DNA of 64,000 nucleotides from an uncultured bacterium. Its GTDB lineage: Bacteria; Krumholzibacteriota; Krumholzibacteriia; Krumholzibacteriales; Krumholzibacteriaceae. The stretch is from positions 288,001 to 352,000 of the forward strand of contig CAWFAD010000016.1 in assembly GCA_963813815.1 (NCBI GenBank), in the 5' to 3' direction. The position numbers were made by a program, and so were the translations under genes. Of the stretch, positions 23,257 through 31,099 are shown in pieces. How positions within the stretch are numbered: the stretch's first letter is position 1; the number at the start of each line of letters is the position of its first letter. The notes below the pieces were generated by a model. The model did no database searches. It was not told the origin of the DNA and saw only the letters and a list, made by a program, of their open reading frames with translations.

Positions 23257-24882
23257 ATGGCAAACAATGATCTGAAAAGCAAAGAGTCGTCGAGCGACGT
23301 GACGAAGGATTTTCTGCTGTGCAACCGGTGCGGCTCGTGCCGATTCGTCTGTCCCCTCGTCCCCGTGTATCGCGAGGAGTGGGTGGGCGCGCGGGGCAAG
23401 GTCGAGCTCGCGGAAGCCTTCCTGCGCGGCGATCGGATCGGCGACCGTGAGCTCCGCAAGATTTTCGACCTCTGTCTCCACTGCATGGCGTGCGAGGAGA
23501 ACTGCCCCTCCGGCGTGCGCGCGGACGAGATCGTGATGGCGGCCCGCGCGGAGATGGCGCGCAGGGGAAAGATGTCGCGCGTGAAGCGGCTCGCGCTGCG
23601 GATCGTGGAAGGGGCGGACGGCGGCCTCTTTCGCGCCATGAGGGCGCTCGGGTTCGCCCGGAGGGCGCCGCTGCACGGCGTCGGCGGCCGAAGCCCGCTC
23701 TCGATCCTGTATCCGCTTCTCGGGTGGCCGCGAGAGAGGTTCGTGCCGCTCCCCGCCGCGAAGCCATTTCTCGGATCGGGGCCCGAACTCTATCCCGCGG
23801 GCGCCGTGGACGCGCCGCGGCTCGAGGATGAGGCCCTTCGCCGGATCGGCGCCGGCTCGCGCGTGGACCCTGCCAAGGCGGAGGATCTCGCGCGCCGCGT
23901 CCGAGCGGCGCGCGAGCGGAACCTCGCCGCGGGGAAGCGCGTGTACTTCTTCGTCGGGCACATGGTGAACAATTTCTTTCCCGAGGAGGCGCGGGCCGTC
24001 GCGCGGCTCCTCAACATTCTCGGATACGACGTCCTCGCGCCGGGCGATCAGCTCTGCTGCGGGGCGCCCGTCTACTACGCGGGAGACATCGAGGGGGCGC
24101 GCGAGGCGGCGACGCGCGTGCTCGAAAGTCTCGATGGAAAAGCGTACGACGCGATCATCACGACGTGCGCGTCGGGCGGCTACATGCTCGAGAGCGAATT
24201 TCCACGGCTCCTCGATCTCAACGAGGACGGCTACTTCGAAATTAGCTATGAGAAGGAAAGCGACACGTTCGAGCGCGGCCCGCGGCGGAGCGGAATGGGG
24301 CGAGATCTCTCTCGCGCCCGGGAGCTCTATCGGCGCCTCGTCGAGGGCAAGGTGCGCGACGTGAACGAGCTCGTGGCCGAAGCGCTCGATCTTCACGATG
24401 GCCATGGGAAGAAAATCGGAGGCGGAGAGGCCGAGGAGCTGCACGAGCCGGCCGCGAAAGAAGCAACTCCGGATTCGCCGCTCCCCGTCGTCACCTATCA
24501 TCACCCGTGCCATCTCAACCGCGGGCAGAAGGTCGACTGGCAACCCGAGGCGATCCTCGACGCGCTTCCCGGCCATCGCTACGTTCGCATGAAAGACGCG
24601 GACCGCTGCTGCGGTGGGGGTGGGGCGTTCACGTTTCTCAATGCAGCGGCCTCGGCCGAGATAGCCCGCGTCAAGATCGACGCGATCGAGGCCGTGAGCC
24701 CCGCGGTCGTCGCGACGGCGTGCCCGCTCTGCCGGATTCAGCTCATGGATATGATGAGGCGGCGGAGGGGGACGGCCGCGGTCCCCGTGAAGACGCCTCC
24801 GGAGCTCCTTCTCGAGGAGATAGACGGCCTTTTCCGGGCCGGGCAGGAGGCGTCGCGGAAGGCCGCCTCACGGGCCGGCTAG
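23257..24882 (+). CDS. (Fe-S)-binding oxidoreductase, GlcF-like (two 4Fe-4S motifs + two CCG domains)
   Basis: CNRCGSCRFVCP, CLHCMACEENCP, QLCCGAP, TYHHPCHL, RCCGGGG, TACPLC. Confidence 0.85.
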   Translation: MANNDLKSKESSSDVTKDFLLCNRCGSCRFVCPLVPVYREEWVGARGKVELAEAFLRGDRIGDRELRKIFDLCLHCMACEENCPSGVRADEIVMAARAEMARRGKMSRVKRLALRIVEGADGGLFRAMRALGFARRAPLHGVGGRSPLSILYPLLGWPRERFVPLPAAKPFLGSGPELYPAGAVDAPRLEDEALRRIGAGSRVDPAKAEDLARRVRAARERNLAAGKRVYFFVGHMVNNFFPEEARAVARLLNILGYDVLAPGDQLCCGAPVYYAGDIEGAREAATRVLESLDGKAYDAIITTCASGGYMLESEFPRLLDLNEDGYFEISYEKESDTFERGPRRSGMGRDLSRARELYRRLVEGKVRDVNELVAEALDLHDGHGKKIGGGEAEELHEPAAKEATPDSPLPVVTYHHPCHLNRGQKVDWQPEAILDALPGHRYVRMKDADRCCGGGGAFTFLNAAASAEIARVKIDAIEAVSPAVVATACPLCRIQLMDMMRRRRGTAAVPVKTPPELLLEEIDGLFRAGQEASRKAASRAG

Positions 24883-24952
24883 CGCCGGGCAATCGCTCGC
24901 GCCGCAACGGGTTGCCCGCGCGGACGCGGCCCGCCGCCGGGCCATTATGGCG

Positions 24953-24981
24953 TTGACATCGGTGTGCCGCGGCACTATTAT
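24953..24981 (+). promoter_or_regulatory. sigma70-type promoter of tRNA-Asn
   Basis: TTGACA, 17 nt spacer, TATTAT. Confidence 0.75.
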
Positions 24982-25040
24982 AGATTCTCGGCGATGCCTC
25001 CGGGCGTCGCTTGGTTTTTGAAAATTGAAAATCCTTGTGC

Positions 25041-25116
25041 TCCTCAGTAGCTCAATCGGTAGAGCATCCGGCTGTTAACCGGAGGGTTGTAGGTTCAAGT
25101 CCTACCTGAGGAGCCA
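25041..25116 (+). tRNA. tRNA-Asn (GTT)
   Basis: 76 nt cloverleaf: TCCTCAG/CTGAGGA acceptor stem, TAGCTCAATCGGTAGAGC D arm, TCCGG-CTGTTAA-CCGGA anticodon arm, GTAGG-TTCAAGT-CCTAC T arm, encoded CCA. Confidence 0.98.
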
Positions 25117-26614
25117 GTTTTTATTTCGCTCTTCCATAGGCGCATTTACCGCCATTAGTTTCTCTTCTTCCTCGATTCCATTTATCAGTATTTCAAACGG
25201 TTTCGTGAGTTCGTATTCCAGCTTCCCGTCCCGCAATATCGGGTTCCAGACGGCCATTTCCAAAAGTTGCCGCTGATGGCGCCCATCCGCCGCAAGGTAC
25301 GCTGGATAAATATTTTGCGCCACTTCCAGCAGCACGTTCGCGTCTTCCATGTATTCGAGACTTTCCTCTTCCGTTCCCGCCCGCAGCTCCTTGAGCTTTC
25401 CTTGCTCCCCTCGATACTGCTCATACTTGCTCTTCCAGAATTCCGCATCGACAACACCGGCCGTTTTATCCTCGTACAGCGTCCCGATCTTGCGCTCGAT
25501 CTCCTCGATTTCCGCTTGGAGCTTCTTTCGCTCTTTCGCCCTGTACTGCTTTTCCTCGGCCAGGAGCCCCGACATACCCTTGATGAGCCACTCAGCACGT
25601 TCCCTGGTCATTCTGAGCGCCTTCAGAGGCTCTCCGAGTAGCTCGGTCAGCCTTTCTTCCCGTATGGGCTTCTCCTGGCATTTACCGCGCGTCTTTGTGC
25701 AACGGTAGTAGACGTACTTTCCCTTCTTCTCGAAGGGCGTCAAGAATCCCCCGCAATGCCCACACCGCACGAATCCCCGGAACGTATACTCCCGCGTGTG
25801 CTTCCTCGCCCATCTTCTCGACTCTCTGACTTTCTGCGCCGTGTTGAAACACCGCCCGCGTGATGATCGCGTCATGCGTCCCCTTGTACCGCTCGCCCTT
25901 CCACACGAAATCGCCCACGTACACGGGATTCTTGAGCATGTTATCTATCTGGAAAGCGAATACCGTCTTTCCCTTCCTCGACCGCAGCCCTTTCTCCCTT
26001 GCCATCCGCGTCAGCTCGAGCAGCGACACGAAGCCCGTTGCGTAAGCATCGAAGAGCTGCCGAATGATTCCCGCCCTCGTGAAATCGATATCGATTCCCT
26101 TTGTCTGCGGATTGTTCACGTAACCGAGAGGCGCCCACGACGGGTAGAGCCCTTGCTGCGCTTTTTCGAGCATTCCCTTCCGCGTCTCCTCCGACAGCAG
26201 ATCGATGTAGCTCTTCGCGATTGCGACCTTGATGCTGTACATGAGCTTGTCGCTTTGCCGCGCATCGGCGCCGATTACTTGACCCTCTTTGACGAAATGG
26301 ACTGTGCGCCCCGTGTCCTCGATCTTCACCATGTCCCGAAAGTTGCGCGTCAGCCGGTCCGTCTTCTCGACGAGTATGTGTTCCACCTCTGGATTATGCG
26401 CCAGATAATCCAGCATCTTCTCGAATTCGCTCCGCCCGGCTGCCTTAGCGCTTTCGACTTCCTCGAATTCCCTTACGACTGATAGCCGCTGCTTCTCTGC
26501 GTAGTCTCTCAGCAATTTCCTTTGAGCAGGTATTGAGTACCCTTTCTCTGATTGTTCCTTGCTCGAAACCCGCACGTATAAAACTGCCTTGTCCATCTTC
26601 GCCTCCATCGTCAT
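25102..26614 (-). CDS. Large serine recombinase (resolvase + recombinase + zinc ribbon + coiled coil); one apparent extra base near 25848
   Basis: YVRVSSKEQ catalytic motif, KTDRLTRN, APLGY, NPVYVG, CGHCG...YYRC...C; ORFs 25682-26614 and 25102-25875 join if one T is removed from GTGTTTCAAC (minus strand). Confidence 0.9.
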
Positions 26615-27455
26615 TGTTCGCGAACCCTGCTAATACCACATTCCCTTCCACCGTTTCAATCCCCCGCGGCTCATCTATGGCGTACTCCGCGATCATTTCC
26701 TTGAGGAACCCGTTGCCGTCATAGAGCTTTCGATTAATTTCGAGGCCCCCAATTTTTTCCAGTGTATCCATGCCGATAGGGGAGACCTGCCACTTCATGT
26801 CGCCCATATCGAACCCCCGCAGCTTTATGTCTCTCGATGTCGATACTCTCCGAAGCCGCCTCGTCGCTCTTCCCCCGGATCCCTTCGTCATGTACTTTGC
26901 AAGATACCTTCCCACGTCCCGTATTTCATGTGCACGCGTGATGAACACAATGCGGCCCCCGCCCACTGCTTCCCATGCTTGGCTTATCCAATTTTGCGGG
27001 ATGAATCTATCTACGAGCGCGTGCAGATGCGGTAGCCCTGATTCGTGCAGCTCCAGAACGCAAATGTACGACGGCGCTTCATCGAACCTGCGCCTGAGGT
27101 ACACCCTGAACTTGCTCCATACGTTCCAGATGTATTCATGCGGGTTCCGGTTCTCCGGTATCGCTTGCGGATCGAGTGTCAGCGTCAGAAAGCGATCTAG
27201 TCCCTTTTCGATCGCAGCCCTTGCGATGTCATTGCATCTCTGCCATGCCCTTAGCGGTCCACACACAGGACAGCCCCACCGCTTGCAGTACAGCCGCCTG
27301 TATACGTACTTTTCTTTTCCCCCCTCTTCCGCGACCTTTCTTCTTATCGCCCTCTGCCCACATACCCTGTTACGTTTATGCTTCTTTATATCAAGTGAAG
27401 AGAGCCAAGAATCCCCGCCACCCATACCCCACACACCCTTTCTCGCCCTTCCCAA
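26445..27455 (-). CDS. Rolling-circle replication initiator (HUH endonuclease, two-tyrosine type)
   Basis: CKRWGCPVC, motif I FLTLT, motif II ELHESGLPHLHAL, motif III YLAKYMTK; start and end uncertain. Confidence 0.88.
   Translation of the reverse strand: MGRARKGVWGMGGGDSWLSSLDIKKHKRNRVCGQRAIRRKVAEEGGKEKYVYRRLYCKRWGCPVCGPLRAWQRCNDIARAAIEKGLDRFLTLTLDPQAIPENRNPHEYIWNVWSKFRVYLRRRFDEAPSYICVLELHESGLPHLHALVDRFIPQNWISQAWEAVGGGRIVFITRAHEIRDVGRYLAKYMTKGSGGRATRRLRRVSTSRDIKLRGFDMGDMKWQVSPIGMDTLEKIGGLEINRKLYDGNGFLKEMIAEYAIDEPRGIETVEGNVVLAGFANNDDGGEDGQGSFIRAGFEQGTIRERVLNTCSKEIAERLRREAAAISRKGIRGSRKR
27388..27397 (-). other. Candidate double-strand origin nick site
   Basis: Minus-strand CACTTGATAT matches the CTTG^ATA core of phiX174/pC194-type origins; lies in the rep 5' region. 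Confidence 0.5.
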
Positions 27456-27693
27456 TACGCAAACGGCCGCTCGCCCGAGCTCTCCATCAGCTCGGCCGGC
27501 GGCCTGCTCCTGAATACAGAAACAGCGTCCCTAGCATTGCCACATCTCGTTAGCCTGCTGATAGACGCTGCTAACTCGCCGCTATTCTCTTTCACCTTCC
27601 ATCCTCCCATCCTCCCCGCACCCGCAACGCAATGTGGCACAGCATCGGCAAAAGCGCAAGTACTTTATTGCTTTCCCTTAGATGCATGCCATC

Positions 27694-28140
27694 CTAACGC
27701 TTACTCCCTTTCCTCCAAACAGTGAGCCCATATACACACCAAATCGGTGATATCACTATCAAGCATTTCAGAAAGAACCAGCCAAAATCCGCCAGTTTAT
27801 CCAGCTTATCTGCGCTATTATCCGTTACCGCAAAATACGCAAATATGACAACCGATAGCAAAATGGGCCATGATATCTTCTTGATAACATGTCTTTCTAC
27901 GATGCCCGCCCAAGTAGCATCTGCTCTTATATCTTCTAATCTCTCATCGACGGGGCGAGCTTGGGCTGGAATAGGGGTGAAATCGTTAGTTTGCTCCAAA
28001 ACGCTGCTTGTAATATGCGTCCCCCCAGTTTCTAGCTCTTGTTGCAATGAGGCTTCGTCCGTGCTTGTATCTATCCTTGGCGTAATAATCTTCTTCCTTA
28101 CGCCAGACGCAATTTTGCGACGTTTTCTTGTCTCAGCCAT
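27694..28140 (-). CDS. Hypothetical protein with two C-terminal transmembrane segments
   Basis: 148 aa ORF, hydrophobic WPILLSVVIFAYFAV and FFLKCLIVISPIWCVYGL; 6 nt gap after upstream ORF. Confidence 0.6.
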   Translation of the reverse strand: MAETRKRRKIASGVRKKIITPRIDTSTDEASLQQELETGGTHITSSVLEQTNDFTPIPAQARPVDERLEDIRADATWAGIVERHVIKKISWPILLSVVIFAYFAVTDNSADKLDKLADFGWFFLKCLIVISPIWCVYGLTVWRKGSKR

Positions 28141-28146
28141 TCCGAT

Positions 28147-28836
28147 CTACCCTAAGACGAGACTCTCAATCGCCCTGTACTTTGCCCATGTTGCGTCGGA
28201 GAACCTTTGGATTTGCGTCAGCAACTCCTCGCCATTTATGACCTTTTCTGGCTTGCTCCAGTAATCGATATCGATAAAAAGGCCGACGTCCGAATACTCT
28301 TCGTCTCTCTTGAATATGCCAGCTACTTGATCTCTCTTCATCGGGCCGCTCATTGTATTAAAGTGCCCAAGCCGATCACGATAGTTCACCATACCCCCAA
28401 TGTCTTCAATCTCAGCGTCTAGTGCTCTTCTTGCGGTCTCATTCACGCCAACGTATCTTGAGAGATACAGCTCCAGCAATTTGTCAAAGCTACCTTTGTA
28501 TTCTCTGTAGAATCTTCCCCGACATCCGATTCTGTGTATCATCAACTCCTTGCCGTATCCCTCCAATTCGAACAAGAACTTAAACAGTTTCTTGCCTTTC
28601 TCCGGAAAATAGTTGGCTGTTGATGAATTGATGACCATGAAGACTGTATTCTTGAATGCAACCGTTACCCGATGCAGCTGGTCGGGATCCACGAGTGCGA
28701 TTGAATTGTCATCTATGCTCCATTCTGGCAACTCCATGAATAAGGAGATCGCCTCAGCCCAGCTGCCACGGTAATCAAGCAGCTTTGCATTTGGCTTGTA
28801 CCTTATTTCGAGTATCTGCTCGTTACGCAGTTCCAT
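28147..28836 (-). CDS. Hypothetical protein, TIGR04255-like
   Basis: 229 aa; E.ILEIRY, I.RIG.R and FIDID motifs resemble that family; AGGAG RBS. Confidence 0.6.
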   Translation of the reverse strand: MELRNEQILEIRYKPNAKLLDYRGSWAEAISLFMELPEWSIDDNSIALVDPDQLHRVTVAFKNTVFMVINSSTANYFPEKGKKLFKFLFELEGYGKELMIHRIGCRGRFYREYKGSFDKLLELYLSRYVGVNETARRALDAEIEDIGGMVNYRDRLGHFNTMSGPMKRDQVAGIFKRDEEYSDVGLFIDIDYWSKPEKVINGEELLTQIQRFSDATWAKYRAIESLVLG

Positions 28837-29056
28837 ATTTCGCTCCTATTGCCGCTACTCCTGCTTCTTGAATCATGGACAACGACTGCATGCTGTATAT
28901 CATAGCCTCTCGCAAGATTACATGTCAAGATTCTGTCCCCGCACCAAACTAGAATCATTCTCGCATCGCCCCATTTCATCGGGGTGGCGTTCTGATAGCG
29001 TTCCTAATTTCGCCCAACTTTGGGAGCCAGTCATTTCCCCTCCTCGAATCCATTCC

Positions 29057-29118
29057 GACCATTCTGGAACATCATGGAAATTTGTCTTGACATTCTTCCA
29101 TGATGATGGAAAATGGTC
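29057..29118 (+). promoter_or_regulatory. Imperfect 30-bp inverted repeat overlapping a TTGACA promoter (candidate operator)
   Basis: GACCATT..CATCATGGAA..TGTC-TT-GACA..TTCCATGATG..AATGGTC, ending 2 nt before ATG 29121. Confidence 0.6.
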
Positions 29119-29120
29119 AG

Positions 29121-30356
29121 ATGAAGCGCTCTCTCGAAACGCTCCTCGATCTCGCGCATTTCCCGCATCGGAGGATCGCATTCGTCGTGGGACCGCGGCA
29201 GGTGGGAAAGACGACCCTCGCGCAGGCCATGCTCGCGAAGCGAAAATCGAAGGATCTCTACCGCAGTTGGGACGATCTCGAGTGGCGCCGCGAATTCGCC
29301 GGCGCGCCATACGGATTCATCGATGCCTTCCGGCCGAAGGGCACGGGGGAGAGGCCGCTCGCGGTTCTGGACGAGATTCACAAGTACCCCCGATGGAAGG
29401 CGTATCTCAAGGGGCTCTGGGATACGCGCAAGGATCGAATGGATCTGTTGGTGACGGGGAGCGGACGCCTCGATGTGTATCAGCGCGGAGGCGACAGCCT
29501 TCTCGGTCGGTATCATCAGTATCGTCTGCACCCGCTATCCGTGAAGGAAATTATTGATCCCAAAGACGCGTCGCTTTCGGACAGCCCCGAAGCGGTTATG
29601 AAATCTCTTCTGAAACTCGCCGGGCCCGCTCCGGCCGAGGCGCGGAAGGCGCTCAAGGGCTTGCTGCGATGGGGAGGCTTCCCCGAGCCGTTTCTGGAGA
29701 AGAGCGAACGGCAGCATCGCCTTTGGCTGCGGGAGCGCCGCATCCTAATCGTAAAAGAAGATCTGCGCGATCTGACGCGCATTCGGATGCTCTCGCATGT
29801 GGAGGAGTTGATCGAGCTTCTTGTTCTTCGCGCGGGGGGCGTGCTTTCGTACAACGCGCTCCACGAGGATCTGCAGGTTGCCGTCGAATCGGTTCGCCAG
29901 TGGACGGACCATCTTCAGCGTCTCTACTTTCTGTTTCTGATCCGGCCGTTCGCGGGGAAGCTCGCTCGCTCCCTGCGCAAGGAGCCGAAGCTCTACCTCT
30001 GGGATTGGTCCGAGGTCATGGAAGATGGAGCCCGCTTCGAGAACCTCATCGCGAGCCACCTTCTCAAGTGGTGCCATTTTACACAGGACTTCGGATTTCC
30101 ACCGCTCGACCTTCATTACGTGCGGGACAGAGAGAAACGCGAGGTGGATTTCCTCCTGACTCTCGACCGAAAACCCTGGGCGCTTGTCGAAGCCAAGCTG
30201 TCCGACACATCGCCGGCTCCGGCCATGAGCTATTTCGCCGAACGTCTCAAGACGCCTCACAGGATTCAGGTGGTTCTGGAATGCGAGCGGCCGGGCATGG
30301 CCGGGGATGTTCATGTGATCGATGCCGCGAACTTCCTCCGCACTCTGCCTGTCTAG
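29121..30356 (+). CDS. AAA+ ATPase (AAA_14/DUF4143 type) with C-terminal PD-(D/E)xK-like domain
   Basis: Walker A GPRQVGKT, Walker B LDEIH, VTGSG, GGFPE, KLYLWD, FEN, EVDF...VEAK. Confidence 0.9.
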   Translation: MKRSLETLLDLAHFPHRRIAFVVGPRQVGKTTLAQAMLAKRKSKDLYRSWDDLEWRREFAGAPYGFIDAFRPKGTGERPLAVLDEIHKYPRWKAYLKGLWDTRKDRMDLLVTGSGRLDVYQRGGDSLLGRYHQYRLHPLSVKEIIDPKDASLSDSPEAVMKSLLKLAGPAPAEARKALKGLLRWGGFPEPFLEKSERQHRLWLRERRILIVKEDLRDLTRIRMLSHVEELIELLVLRAGGVLSYNALHEDLQVAVESVRQWTDHLQRLYFLFLIRPFAGKLARSLRKEPKLYLWDWSEVMEDGARFENLIASHLLKWCHFTQDFGFPPLDLHYVRDREKREVDFLLTLDRKPWALVEAKLSDTSPAPAMSYFAERLKTPHRIQVVLECERPGMAGDVHVIDAANFLRTLPV

Positions 30357-30390
30357 CTGCATTTCGTTGATATCCGCGCTCGTAGTTTCT

Positions 30391-30443
30391 GCATCCGGCG
30401 ATTAATCGGATGGTTGTAGGTTCAAGTTCTACCTGAGGAGCCA
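30391..30443 (+). repeat. Degenerate direct repeat of the 3' 53 nt of tRNA-Asn (att remnant)
   Basis: 48/53 identity to 25064-25116; lacks the 5' acceptor strand and D loop. Confidence 0.92.
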
Positions 30444-31099
30444 GCTTTTTGATATCCGAGCCTGTGGCACCCCCTTGGTTAACAGCCACTCTTGAAAGGC
30501 GCCTTCTCGGCGCGCCGCTATTTTCCGCACAGCTATAAGGAATTGCGCGATTGTCCGCTCGGCAGCGCGATTCTCAACGCAGGGAAGAGAGAGCCAGGAT
30601 CCTTCGCGGCGAAACGAAGTTTGTTCAATACCTGCGTACAATGCTTCAAGACTCTCTGGCTCTCCTAATGACACGGCGAGTTGGTTAACAGCTTTCTTCT
30701 TCTGGGCTCCCAGACTTGGGGAAATCAGAACATCCAGCAGCAACCTCGAAATTATATTGAAATGCAATGATTTGTATGATACGATGTACCCCATCTTGCC
30801 ATAGGGGACTGAAAACAGGATCAAAAGAGCTCACTTTCAAGCGTTAGCTTTTGGCTCGGAGGGGACACATGAAGCAACCGCGAATGCTTTGCATTGCGGC
30901 CGCGTTGTGCCTGCTCACATCAAACGCCTTTGCCTTGTCCCGAATCCGTTCAATCCGGCAACGACCATACGGTTTGATCTGCCCGTGCGGGCGCACGTGT
31001 GACAGACACCGGCCTTCGGCGAATCGAAGAAGATGATATTGCTCAGGTAGTTCATAAATCTCCAGCGTGTTTTGCTTCTCTATTCCATTAGGAGGGATC

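Larger units (their letters stand above)
25118..29030 (-). mobile_element. Small integrative element at tRNA-Asn: large serine recombinase + rolling-circle Rep + two cargo genes (right end 29030, or 30443 if the ATPase is included)
   Basis: Visibly AT-richer than host genes; bounded by the tRNA 3' end and a 13/17 match to it at 29014-29030 (CCAACTTTGGGAGCCAG vs CCTACCTGAGGAGCCAG). Confidence 0.75.

Noticed and set aside
25118..29030. Inovirus or microvirus prophage
   Set aside because: Rep is present but no Zot-like ATPase, small coat proteins or capsid gene is recognisable.
30391..30443. Second tRNA gene
   Set aside because: No 5' acceptor strand or D loop and a disrupted anticodon loop; it is an att remnant.
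30429..30824. 131 aa minus-strand ORF ending WLLR like the recombinase
   Set aside because: The shared ending comes only from the tRNA repeat; the rest shows no recombinase similarity.
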